Shown here: positions 21,022-30,935 of the stretch, in pieces
Layout: every line of letters starts with the position of its first letter
Numbering within the stretch: the first letter of the stretch is position 1
Program-made: the position numbers and the translations under genes
From: a bacterium
GTDB lineage: Bacteria; Ratteibacteria; UBA8468; B48-G9; JAFGKM01
Assembly (NCBI GenBank): GCA_026414725.1
Contig: JAOAIL010000002.1
Location: 120,783-184,782, forward strand
Length of the DNA: 64,000 nucleotides
Reading direction: 5' to 3'
Notes under the pieces: generated by a model
Told to the model about the DNA's origin: nothing
Seen by the model: only the letters and a program-made list of their open reading frames with translations
The model's database searches: none

Positions 21022-22399
21022 TATACTTGAAAAAGCAAAAAGGATACATCTTATCGGGATAGGAGGAACCGGAATGAGTGGACTTGCAAAACTCCTCTCC
21101 ACAATGAACAAAAAAATATCCGGTTCTGATAATAATCTTTCAAGAACTCTTGAGCAACTCAAAAGAAAAGGGATAAAGATTTTTTACCCTCAAAAAGAAG
21201 AAAACATACGTCAAGATATAGAACTGGTTGTTTATTCACATGCTATATTACCTGACAATCCAGAATATAAAAAAGCGATTGAATATAATATACCTCTTTT
21301 AAGTTATCCTGAAGCAATTGGCTATATTATGGATAAAAAAAGAGGCATTGCTATTGCTGGAACTCATGGAAAAACAACCACATCTTCTCTTATTGTTTCT
21401 ATATTAAAAACATCAGGATTTTCCCCTTCTTTTCTTATCGGAGGGGAGATTAAAAATGTTGGTAATTCAGAAGCAGGAAAAAGTGACTTGTTAATAGTTG
21501 AGGCATGTGAATATAAAAGGTCCTTCCTTAATTACAAACCTGAAATAGGAGTAGTTACAGCAATAGAAGAGGACCATCTGGATTATTATAAAGATATAGA
21601 GGAAATAAAAAGTGCTTTCAGAGATTTTCTTAACAATATTAAGGGATTGATTGTATATTGTGCTGATGATAGAAATGTTACTGATGTTATAAAAACTATT
21701 ACGAATAAGGACATGGGCTCTTATGGACTTGGAAATGGTAGTTGGAAGGCAAATAATATAAAATTTTCTAAAAAATTTTCAGAATTTGATTGTATCTTTA
21801 AAGGGAAAAAAGAAACCCATATAAAACTTGCTATTTCAGGTATCCATAACATTAGAAATGCACTTGCAGCAATTGCTGTCGCAAGATATTTAGATGTCCC
21901 ATGGAAAAGTATAAAAAATGGATTGAAAAATTTTAATGGTGTACACAGAAGATGTGAAATAATCGGAAGAGCAGGGGGTGTGACCATACTGGACGATTAT
22001 GGACATCATCCTACAGAAATAAGATATACCCTTAAGTGCATAAGAAATATGTTTCCTCATAACCGTCTCATAGTAGTTTTTCAACCACATCAATATAGCA
22101 GAACTAGATTTCTCCTTAAAGAATTTGCAATGTCTTTTTCAGATGCAGATAAAGTCGTAGTCCCAGATATATATTTTGTAAGAGATTCTGTAATAGAACA
22201 GAAACTTGTTAATGCCAGGATGCTTGTAGAAAAAATAAGAAAAAATGGGAAAGAAGCATTATATCTTCCAACTTTTGACGAAATTGTAGAATATCTGTAT
22301 GAGATAACTAAAAAGGGCGATGTTATACTGACGATAGGGGCAGGTCCTGTGGATAAAGTAGCCCGGAGTATCTTTAAAAAACTTAAACAATATAAATAA
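21011..22399 (+). CDS. murC: UDP-N-acetylmuramate--L-alanine ligase
   Basis: GIGGTGMSGLA, GTHGKTTT and DDYGHHP motifs. Confidence 0.95.
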   Translation: MESNILEKAKRIHLIGIGGTGMSGLAKLLSTMNKKISGSDNNLSRTLEQLKRKGIKIFYPQKEENIRQDIELVVYSHAILPDNPEYKKAIEYNIPLLSYPEAIGYIMDKKRGIAIAGTHGKTTTSSLIVSILKTSGFSPSFLIGGEIKNVGNSEAGKSDLLIVEACEYKRSFLNYKPEIGVVTAIEEDHLDYYKDIEEIKSAFRDFLNNIKGLIVYCADDRNVTDVIKTITNKDMGSYGLGNGSWKANNIKFSKKFSEFDCIFKGKKETHIKLAISGIHNIRNALAAIAVARYLDVPWKSIKNGLKNFNGVHRRCEIIGRAGGVTILDDYGHHPTEIRYTLKCIRNMFPHNRLIVVFQPHQYSRTRFLLKEFAMSFSDADKVVVPDIYFVRDSVIEQKLVNARMLVEKIRKNGKEALYLPTFDEIVEYLYEITKKGDVILTIGAGPVDKVARSIFKKLKQYK

Positions 22400-23076
22400 T
22401 GTTAAAAGAATATGAAGTTATGACTCGTGAAGAAATAGCAATTATTGAGAGAGAAACAGAAGAGGTATATGGCATAAGCCGTTTAATTCTTATGGAAAAT
22501 GCTGGAAGAACCCTTGCAGAGGTCATTAGAAATAGATTTCCTACAGATAAACAAATATGTATAGTAGCAGGTAAGGGAAATAATGGTGGAGATGGATTTG
22601 TAGCAGGAAGATATCTTTTTAACAGTGGAATGAATGTAAAAGTTATCTATACTGACCCTCCCGAAAAATTTTCATCTTTATGCTTTACAAACTATCAAAT
22701 TTTGTGTAAAATGGGAATTGATAATTTTATATTTAAAAGGGATTTAGACATTTTAAAAATTTTAGAAAAATCAGATGTTATTATAGATGCAGTTTTGGGA
22801 ACAGGGATAAAAGGAAATGTTACAGGAACATCAGCAGAGGTAATATCTTTAATAAATGAAAGCAAGAAGTTTGTTGTATGTGCTGATATTCCTTCAGGTC
22901 TGGATGCAGATACAGGAATTGTAATGGGAGAGTGTGTCAAAGGAAATATTACTGTAAGTTTTGGATTTGCAAAAAAGGGATTTTATATAAACAATGGACC
23001 TGAATACTGTGGAGAAATAATTGTTACAGATATAGGATTTCCACGTTTCTTTTATAAAAGGGAAGGTAAAAAATGA
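22399..23076 (+). CDS. nnrE: NAD(P)H-hydrate epimerase (YjeF N-terminal domain only)
   Basis: GKGNNGGDG motif; 225 aa with no fused dehydratase domain; TAATG overlap with murC. Confidence 0.8.
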   Translation: MLKEYEVMTREEIAIIERETEEVYGISRLILMENAGRTLAEVIRNRFPTDKQICIVAGKGNNGGDGFVAGRYLFNSGMNVKVIYTDPPEKFSSLCFTNYQILCKMGIDNFIFKRDLDILKILEKSDVIIDAVLGTGIKGNVTGTSAEVISLINESKKFVVCADIPSGLDADTGIVMGECVKGNITVSFGFAKKGFYINNGPEYCGEIIVTDIGFPRFFYKREGKK

Positions 23077-25694
23077 AAAAATTAAAAACCGGTCTTGTTA
23101 TATTCATAATTTATAGCGCCATAATTCTGGGAAAGACAGATATTGAAGTAACAGAAGGATTGAAGTCAGGTACTTTTCAGAAAAAAATCGACCTTATTGA
23201 GAGAATTGAAAGATCAAAAGATAAGATATACCTCCCTAACCTTGGTGAAATAATAACCTCCGATAAAAATGAAGAAATAAGAAGTAGAGCAACTCTCGCT
23301 CTTTTGAATATAGGTGATTCTACCTGTATTCCCTATTTCAGAAATGCAATTGCTGATGACTACTGGCAGGTTCGTCTTTATGGCATTAAAGGACTGGTAA
23401 AGTATGGTACAGATGATACTATCATCCCTGATCTTAAACGAGCGATGAAAGATAGTTACTGGCAGGTTAGATATTACGCTGCCATAGGACTTGGTAAATA
23501 TGGAGACGAAAAAATTCTATCAGACCTTTTAGATTATTCACTAGATAACAATGAAATGGTTAAGGGAGAAGTTCTATGGGCAATACTAACACTGATGGGT
23601 AGAGATGAAGCGAGAGCAATGTTTAAAAAATTCCCTGAAAGTAAAGTTAATCCCATATTTACCATATTAAAAAGCAATAATATTGAACTTAAATTGAGAA
23701 GTTTATGGTTATTAGAAGCCACAGGAGATAAAAGGGCAATTCCTTATTTTATAGAATTATTGTCTGACAAAAACGATGAGGTAAAAATTCATGCTCTCTG
23801 GGCACTTGAAAAGTTTAAAAGTGAAGATGGTGGAAAAGAAATAGAAGGACTTCTTATAGATGAATCTACAAAAATTAAGATAGAAGCGATAAAAACACTT
23901 GTAAATCTTAAAATGCAGGAAGGAACTGCCGGGTTAATAAAAGGACTTTCAGATAAAAATGAGTCAGTAAGGATATATTCCTTATGGGCGCTTGAAAAGT
24001 TTAGAGAGCCGGCTTCTTATCCTTACATTACTGAGTGTCTTTCAGACAATTCTGAAAGGGTAAGAGAATATGCTACGAGATTAATAGAACAGATGAAAGA
24101 CCCTCTTTTTTATCCTGTGCTTGAAAGATTCATTGAAGATGTAAATAATCCTGTTGATGTTAGAACTAATGCGATTTCTATACTCGGTAAAATAGGTGAT
24201 GAAACAGTAAAGGATTTCTTAATAGGACTGGTAAATAATTCTAATTCTGACATCAGATATTCAGCAATCAAAGCACTTTATAACATTGATAGATTTGATG
24301 AAAAATATCTAAAAATACTGGCTTATCTTGAAAATTACGATGGTTCTCCTCGGGTAAGAAAAGAATCTACAAATATAACTCAGAATATTACCAGACAGAT
24401 GCAGATAAAATTAGCAGCTCCCACAGAAAATGAACGGCAGTTTGCCCTTAAAAAAATAGAATCTCTTATAGGATCAAGTAGTTTAAAAGAACTTCTCCTT
24501 AATATGGCTCACTCAAAATACCCTGAAGTAAGAGAAAAAATGTTAACGATAGTTAAAGAGAATCCTGATAAAATCTTCGGAGCAGAGGTAATAATAATGT
24601 TACAGGACAAAAACATTTCTATAAAAAAATTAGCAGCCATTGCTGTTGGCGAAATAAAAGATAAGCAATCAATACCTCTTTTAAGAACAGGACTTAAAAG
24701 TACTGACCCTGAATTGCAACTCATATGTGCGAGGTCTCTGGCAAATATGAAAATATCAGACGGATTTCCTGTAGCAGTTAAGTATCTAAATAGTGATGAA
24801 TCAGTTCTTCAAAGAATATCTGCTGAAACACTTGCTCTTTTAAAGGATAAAAAAGCATCTTCTCTTCTGTTGAGAAATCTCGCTAATTCAGAACTTGATG
24901 TTAAAGTAGTTATTGCATGGGCATTAGCAAGGATGGGGGAAGAAAAGGGTTTAGATGTCCTTGTAAGATTATCAGAAGAAGCACTTGAACCTATCAGAAC
25001 TACCGCAAACAGATATTTAATTGATCCAGAGATACCATCTCCAATAAGAAATAAAATACCCCTGTTAAGAGAAAAAATCTATATTGAAAAGTTAGGTATC
25101 AGAGAGGTCTCTCCAAAAAGATTAACTGCTACCTTTATATCGTCACCTGTGGAAATAGATGGACTTGATAAAGAAAATTTCTGGGCGTCCAGTGAAAAAG
25201 CAGAAATGTTTATTGAATTAGAAGAAGATAAAATCAAAACCTCTATTGCTACAACAGTAAAGGTTGTATATGACACAGATAATATCTATTTTCTTTTTAT
25301 CTCTGAAGACCCAGATACTTCAAAAATTGATTTTAATTCAAGAGATATCATAACAATATCAATAAACCCTCTGAATTCAGCAAAGGAATGGTATCAATTC
25401 GTAGTACATCCTCTGGAACATATTAAATATTCTTATATATGGAAACTGTACAGGAATAATGAATCAGAAAGATTATGGACATCTAAATGGAAGGTAAAAA
25501 CGAATATCGAAAATAGAAGATGGCTTATGGAAATAGCAATTCCATTTGCAGATTTGAAAGTAGAAAGGGTTTCTCCGGAGGATATATGGAGTATAAATTT
25601 TCAAAGAGAATCACAACATATACCTTCCACATCGTGGAGTGGAAGGATAGACAATCCTGCACAGTTCGGAATTCTTTACTTTAAGGAGCAATAA
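23073..25694 (+). CDS. Exported HEAT-repeat protein with a C-terminal CBM9/DOMON-like carbohydrate-binding domain
   Basis: N-terminal signal/anchor. More than 10 repeats of the type D..WQVR.YA..GLGKYG and DKN..VRI.SLWALEKF. The C-terminus (about 25140-25694) has VVYDTDNIYFLF, YQFVV and WSINFQRE, as in CBM9-like domains. Confidence 0.6.
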   Translation: MKKLKTGLVIFIIYSAIILGKTDIEVTEGLKSGTFQKKIDLIERIERSKDKIYLPNLGEIITSDKNEEIRSRATLALLNIGDSTCIPYFRNAIADDYWQVRLYGIKGLVKYGTDDTIIPDLKRAMKDSYWQVRYYAAIGLGKYGDEKILSDLLDYSLDNNEMVKGEVLWAILTLMGRDEARAMFKKFPESKVNPIFTILKSNNIELKLRSLWLLEATGDKRAIPYFIELLSDKNDEVKIHALWALEKFKSEDGGKEIEGLLIDESTKIKIEAIKTLVNLKMQEGTAGLIKGLSDKNESVRIYSLWALEKFREPASYPYITECLSDNSERVREYATRLIEQMKDPLFYPVLERFIEDVNNPVDVRTNAISILGKIGDETVKDFLIGLVNNSNSDIRYSAIKALYNIDRFDEKYLKILAYLENYDGSPRVRKESTNITQNITRQMQIKLAAPTENERQFALKKIESLIGSSSLKELLLNMAHSKYPEVREKMLTIVKENPDKIFGAEVIIMLQDKNISIKKLAAIAVGEIKDKQSIPLLRTGLKSTDPELQLICARSLANMKISDGFPVAVKYLNSDESVLQRISAETLALLKDKKASSLLLRNLANSELDVKVVIAWALARMGEEKGLDVLVRLSEEALEPIRTTANRYLIDPEIPSPIRNKIPLLREKIYIEKLGIREVSPKRLTATFISSPVEIDGLDKENFWASSEKAEMFIELEEDKIKTSIATTVKVVYDTDNIYFLFISEDPDTSKIDFNSRDIITISINPLNSAKEWYQFVVHPLEHIKYSYIWKLYRNNESERLWTSKWKVKTNIENRRWLMEIAIPFADLKVERVSPEDIWSINFQRESQHIPSTSWSGRIDNPAQFGILYFKEQ

Positions 25695-25696
25695 AA

Positions 25697-27529
25697 ATGT
25701 TTAGAAAACTTATATTATCGGTTTTTTTCATCTCTCTTATCACAGGTTATTGCCATTCCAGTAATTGGTTTGAAAAAAACAAAGAACTTTCTGTGGTCTT
25801 TCATAAAAATGTATGGCTATATATTGAAAATGCAAATAAAGCAGATAATGCTGGTAGAGTAAAAGAAGCAGATATGTGGCTTTCAAAAGCAGAAAAAAAG
25901 ATAGAAGAAACAAGACCCTTTATTACAGGTAGCTGGCCTTCTGGTTGGCCATATGATACAAAAGCACTTGCTTTTCTTAAATATGCTACGCCTGATGCTT
26001 ATCTATACAGAATTATAGGAGATTTTGCCTATGCACATAAAAAAATAAAAGAATCTCTTAACTACTACAACAAATACATCATTCATTCCATTATCCCTGA
26101 TATATCGTATATGAATCAAGTGGCTGAAATATATGAAAAAGAAGGGATGTTAAAAGATGCAAGGATAATGTATGAAAGTATATTAAGGGCTATGGAAAAC
26201 AAAAATTTTCATAGTGCTTCATTCAGTATTAACTATATCTCCAGGAAGATAAAAAATCTGGATATAAAAATGAAAAGAGCATCTATCTTTCCTTTAGATG
26301 TTTATTTTAGCAATATACCTGATTTTATAAAAAGCGACTTCCAGAAAATTTTCATTGATGAGATAAACAAAATAGAAAATTTTTCTATTATACCTAAAAA
26401 TGCTTTTGAAAAGATAATGGCAGAAGAACAATTAACAGAGAGTGATTTACAGTATCCCGATGAATTATCTACTATAGGGAAGATATTGAATATTGATTAT
26501 ATACTACGACCTTCTTTAGCTAAAATAGAGACATATTATATCTTCCATGTTGACATCTTTGACACTTACAAGAAATCGTGGATTGACAGTTATGAGTATA
26601 AAACAGAATCTACTTTATATCTTTCAAATCTTATTCAGAGATTTACATCTCAGTTCAAAGGAACCGATATATCCGAGAATCTATTACTTCCTGAAACTGA
26701 ATTTCTCTGGGAATATGAAATGGATAGTCCTGCAACAGATATGAAACTTTCTGAAAATGGAAAAAGGATAATCGTAGGATGTGAAAGTGGAAGGGTTTAT
26801 ATTCTTACATCAGGAGGGACTGTCCTGAAACAATTCAAATCATCTGAAAAAATTCTAAAGGTAGCAATTTCTCCCTGCGGTAATTACTATATGTGGTCTT
26901 CGCTTAACGGTATAGTATACTTCGCTGATACAAAAGGCATAATATGGACAGAAAAAACAGGAAACTATATAAGAGATATGGACATTTCTGAAGATGGACG
27001 ATTTGCAGTTATAGGAATTAATGATATAGCATTATTCAAGGATATAAAGGGAGAAACATTCTGGAAAGAAAACTTACCTCAATGGATAACAAAGATAAAA
27101 ATTACAGAGGACTCTCATACAATATTTATAGGGATGGAAAATGGAGAATACTGGTGTTTTTCAGACGAAGGTAATGTCCTGTGGAAGAAAAATTTCAATA
27201 ACAGAATTACCGGTATAAGAACTACCGAAAATTATAATGTTGCAGTAACAGAGAAGGACAAAACATTTATATTAGACAATAATGGAAATGAAATTTTTAA
27301 TTTTGAAGCAGGACAGGATGTTCAGTATTCTGCTTATAACCCAGAAATAATAAAATTAATGAGTGGTAAACGAGGAAGATATTTTTATTTCCTCTCTAAC
27401 GATAAAAATCAGTTATGGGAATATAATATTAGAGAAAAAGTTGATTTCATAGATGCACTTTATGACGGCAGCATTATAGTAAGTATAGAAAGCAAAAATA
27501 TATTTATTTTCAGGATAATCTGGAGATAA
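25697..27529 (+). CDS. Exported TPR-like / LpoB-CsgG-like / beta-propeller (PQQ/BamB-like) repeat protein
   Basis: Signal peptide and a helical N-region. The middle segment AEEQLTESDL...GKILNIDYILRP resembles periplasmic LpoB/CsgG/TolB-N modules. The C-terminal 280 aa has repeated G.(V/I)Y-type blades. Confidence 0.5.
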   Translation: MFRKLILSVFFISLITGYCHSSNWFEKNKELSVVFHKNVWLYIENANKADNAGRVKEADMWLSKAEKKIEETRPFITGSWPSGWPYDTKALAFLKYATPDAYLYRIIGDFAYAHKKIKESLNYYNKYIIHSIIPDISYMNQVAEIYEKEGMLKDARIMYESILRAMENKNFHSASFSINYISRKIKNLDIKMKRASIFPLDVYFSNIPDFIKSDFQKIFIDEINKIENFSIIPKNAFEKIMAEEQLTESDLQYPDELSTIGKILNIDYILRPSLAKIETYYIFHVDIFDTYKKSWIDSYEYKTESTLYLSNLIQRFTSQFKGTDISENLLLPETEFLWEYEMDSPATDMKLSENGKRIIVGCESGRVYILTSGGTVLKQFKSSEKILKVAISPCGNYYMWSSLNGIVYFADTKGIIWTEKTGNYIRDMDISEDGRFAVIGINDIALFKDIKGETFWKENLPQWITKIKITEDSHTIFIGMENGEYWCFSDEGNVLWKKNFNNRITGIRTTENYNVAVTEKDKTFILDNNGNEIFNFEAGQDVQYSAYNPEIIKLMSGKRGRYFYFLSNDKNQLWEYNIREKVDFIDALYDGSIIVSIESKNIFIFRIIWR

Positions 27530-27542
27530 CAGGAGGTAAGAT

Positions 27543-28556
27543 ATGTTAAGAGTAGGAATTATAGGAGCAGGATTTATGGGAGGTATGCATGCAACTGTTT
27601 ATAGTCAACTTCCCGATGTTAAAATTATGGGTATTGCAGATATCAGGGGAGAAAAAGCAAAATCACTTGCTACAAAATTCAAATCAATCGCTTATTTTGA
27701 TCCACAACAACTTCTTGATAGAGAAGATATTACAGTTATTGATATATGCCTTCCCACTTTCCTCCATAAGGAATTTGTAATCAAATCAGCTGAAAGGAGC
27801 AAAGATATCATTTGTGAAAAACCCATTGCACTCACAATTGAAGATGCAGATGAAATGATAAATACTTGTAAAAAATATAAAGTAAGATTTATGGTAGCGC
27901 AGGTTATAAGATTCTGGGCAGAGTATAAATTCCTTAAAGAAGTTTACGATAGGAAAAAATATGGTGAACTTCTTACCCTTTCTTGCAAAAGAATATCTCC
28001 ATTACCTACATGGGGATGGCAGGACTGGTTACTGGATAGCGATAAATCTGGAGGTGCACTGATAGACCTTCATATTCATGATACAGATTTCATCTGTTAT
28101 CTCTTAGGGAAAAAACCCAAAAAAATATACTCCAGGACTATTAATAGGGAACGACCTTATGCTCATATATATACAACTTTTACATTTGATAATGACCTCA
28201 TAATAACTGCTGAAGCAGGATGGGACTATCCTTCTAACTTCCCATTTGAAATGAGTTACCTCGCTAAATTTGAAAAAGCAGTAGTTGAGTTTAATTCAAG
28301 AAATACTCCATCTCTTGTTGTATATGAATCTACAGGTAAAATAGAAAGACCTGTATTTGAGAAGGTAAAAGCAGAAGGAGTGGGTGGTAATATTGACGAC
28401 CTCGGTGGATATTTTTATGAACTTAGATACTTCGTTGACCACATAATCCATAACAAACCTTTTAATGTTATAACACCAGAAGAAGCGAGGGACTCCCTTG
28501 CAGTGGCACTAAAGGAAAAAGAATCCGCGGATAAAGGAGTTGAGGTCTCACTATAA
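27543..28556 (+). CDS. Gfo/Idh/MocA family NAD(P)-dependent oxidoreductase
   Basis: Rossmann motif VGIIGAGFMG, an EKP motif (ICEKPIA) and a typical length of 337 aa. Confidence 0.85.
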   Translation: MLRVGIIGAGFMGGMHATVYSQLPDVKIMGIADIRGEKAKSLATKFKSIAYFDPQQLLDREDITVIDICLPTFLHKEFVIKSAERSKDIICEKPIALTIEDADEMINTCKKYKVRFMVAQVIRFWAEYKFLKEVYDRKKYGELLTLSCKRISPLPTWGWQDWLLDSDKSGGALIDLHIHDTDFICYLLGKKPKKIYSRTINRERPYAHIYTTFTFDNDLIITAEAGWDYPSNFPFEMSYLAKFEKAVVEFNSRNTPSLVVYESTGKIERPVFEKVKAEGVGGNIDDLGGYFYELRYFVDHIIHNKPFNVITPEEARDSLAVALKEKESADKGVEVSL

Positions 28557-28598
28557 ACCTATCGTTTTAATAGCACACTGAGTAGTGAAACTATACCT

Positions 28599-29489
28599 AT
28601 GAAATCAGGATATGTCTCAATCATCGGGAAACCAAATGTTGGAAAATCAACTCTTATAAATTCATTACTCAACCGTAAAGTTTCCATTGTTTCACCAAGA
28701 CCTGCCATTACGAGAATACGGGTGTTAGGAATATACAATTCTGAAGAAGGACAGATTGCTATCCTTGATACTCCGGGTTTTGAAGAGGTCCATAATGAAC
28801 TCGGCAGGACGATGCAAAAAACTATAATTAATTCTATTGAAGAATCAGACATAGTTATGCCAGTAATAGAATCTCGTGGATGGGGAAAAGAAGATGAAAG
28901 AATAATGGAAGTGTTAAATAAATTTAACAAAAAAAGTATTCTTGTAATAAATAAAATAGACCTGTTACCACATAAAGAAATGTTATTACCTCTTATCAGG
29001 GATAGTAATGAAAAATATGAATTTCTTGATATAGTTCCTGTTTCTGCCTTAAAAAACAAAAATATAGATGCCTTACGTAGATGTATTTTCTCTCATCTTC
29101 CTGAAGGAGAGAAATTATTCCCTGAAGATATGGAAACCAATATACCATTGCAGTACACAATCGCTGAAATAATAAGGGAAAAAGCAGTTAATAAAACATA
29201 CCAAGAAGTTCCTCAATCAATAGCCGTAGAGGTGGAAGATATGAAACAGGGGAACAAAAATAAAGATATGATAGTCATAAAAGCAAATATTATTGTTGAT
29301 AGAGAGAATCTCAAACACATAATTATCGGTAAAAATGGTTCTAAACTGAAAGAAATAGGTCAAACATCAAGAAAAGAAATAGAAATTATAACAGGGAAAA
29401 AAGTATATCTTGAATTATGGGTAAAGGTTATAGAGCACTGGAGAGAAAGACCTGATATATTTAGAAAATTTGGCTACGGAGATATATAA
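28599..29489 (+). CDS. era: GTPase Era
   Basis: GKPNVGKST, DTPG and NKID motifs with a C-terminal KH domain. Confidence 0.95.
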   Translation: MKSGYVSIIGKPNVGKSTLINSLLNRKVSIVSPRPAITRIRVLGIYNSEEGQIAILDTPGFEEVHNELGRTMQKTIINSIEESDIVMPVIESRGWGKEDERIMEVLNKFNKKSILVINKIDLLPHKEMLLPLIRDSNEKYEFLDIVPVSALKNKNIDALRRCIFSHLPEGEKLFPEDMETNIPLQYTIAEIIREKAVNKTYQEVPQSIAVEVEDMKQGNKNKDMIVIKANIIVDRENLKHIIIGKNGSKLKEIGQTSRKEIEIITGKKVYLELWVKVIEHWRERPDIFRKFGYGDI

Positions 29490-29553
29490 TTTTTTCTTAA
29501 TCCTTCCACATAAAAGATAGACAATCAAACCTGTAAGTGGTAAAATTGATATT

Positions 29554-30912
29554 ATGTTGCGCGAATTATTAAGCCCGGAAATAAAAGAACTTATTGAGAC
29601 TAAAAACTGGAGAATCCTTAAAGATATTCTTTCTGAATGGACAGCCCAGGATATAGCAGACCTTATACACAATGTTAGTGAAGATGAGGGTATTATTATT
29701 TTTCGCCTTCTCCCCCGTGACCTTGCAGCAGATGTTTTCAGTGAACTTGACTCCGGTGAACAGAAAAAATTACTAAGGCAGATGAGTAATGACCATATAA
29801 AAGAGATATTCCTTGAACTTCCCCCTGATGATAGAACCGATATATTTGAAGAACTACCAGCAAAAGTAACAAAACGGCTTCTTAATCTTCTTCCTCCTGA
29901 GGAGAGAAAAGAAGCGATGCAACTTTTAGGTTATCCTGAAGACAGTGTTGGAAGGTTAATGACCCCTGACTATGTGGCAATAAAACAGACATGGACAGTA
30001 GAAAAAGCATTACAGCATATAAGGAAATTTGGTAAAGAAGCTGAAACAATCAACGTAGTTTATGTAATTGACGAAAAAGGAAAGTTGCTTGATGATGTCT
30101 TCTTAAGCACGTTGATTCTTTCAGAACCAAATGAGCCAATAAGCAATCTAATGGACTTTCATTTTGTAGCAATTGAAGTTAATAAAGACCAGGAAGAAGC
30201 AGCAAACTTAATGAGGAAATATGACCTGATTGTTTTACCGGTCACTGACAAAGATGGGATTTTACTTGGAATAGTTACTGTTGATGATGTATTAAATGTT
30301 GTTGAGCAAGAACATACAGAAGATGTTACTAAAATGTTTGCTATAACTCCGGAAACAGCAGGTGTTGAAATGATAACAGACCTTTTAGGAACACCTGTTA
30401 AAAATCTTTATAGAAGCAGGATAACATGGCTTGCTTTCTTATTGTTTATGGATTTATTTACAGGAAGCATCATAAATAGATTTAACGAGATGATTGCAAA
30501 ATATGTTGTCCTCGTAACTTTTCTACCTGTACTTGTAGATACAGCAGGGAATGCAGGAAGTCAATCAGCAACTCTGGTAATACGGTCAATGGCTCTCGGA
30601 AAAATAAAAATGAAAGATTGGCTTAAAATGTTCGGGAAAGAAATTTTCATTGCTCTACTTCTTGGACTGACAATGGGATTTGGTATATCTTTCATGGGAA
30701 TAATAAGGGGTGGTTTTGATATCTGTAAAATTGTTGTTACAGCAATGATTCTAAATGTCGTAGCAGGATGTTTAATGGGGATGACTTTACCATTTATATT
30801 CACTAAATTCAGACAGGACCCTGCAACAGCAAGCGCCCCTTTAATTACAACACTCGCTGATATTATGGGCACAGGAATATACTTTACAATAGCAATGTTT
30901 ATGCTTAAATAA
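29554..30912 (+). CDS. mgtE: Magnesium transporter MgtE
   Basis: MgtE_N domain, a CBS pair and a TM domain with PVLVDTAGNAGSQS. Confidence 0.93.
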   Translation: MLRELLSPEIKELIETKNWRILKDILSEWTAQDIADLIHNVSEDEGIIIFRLLPRDLAADVFSELDSGEQKKLLRQMSNDHIKEIFLELPPDDRTDIFEELPAKVTKRLLNLLPPEERKEAMQLLGYPEDSVGRLMTPDYVAIKQTWTVEKALQHIRKFGKEAETINVVYVIDEKGKLLDDVFLSTLILSEPNEPISNLMDFHFVAIEVNKDQEEAANLMRKYDLIVLPVTDKDGILLGIVTVDDVLNVVEQEHTEDVTKMFAITPETAGVEMITDLLGTPVKNLYRSRITWLAFLLFMDLFTGSIINRFNEMIAKYVVLVTFLPVLVDTAGNAGSQSATLVIRSMALGKIKMKDWLKMFGKEIFIALLLGLTMGFGISFMGIIRGGFDICKIVVTAMILNVVAGCLMGMTLPFIFTKFRQDPATASAPLITTLADIMGTGIYFTIAMFMLK

Positions 30913-30935
30913 TCTCTCTGTTCCTATACAAAAAT

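Noticed and set aside
29490-29553. Possible M-box (Mg2+) riboswitch upstream of mgtE
   Set aside because: The whole intergenic region is 64 nt, far shorter than an M-box aptamer, which I recall as well over 100 nt. I see no multi-helix structure.
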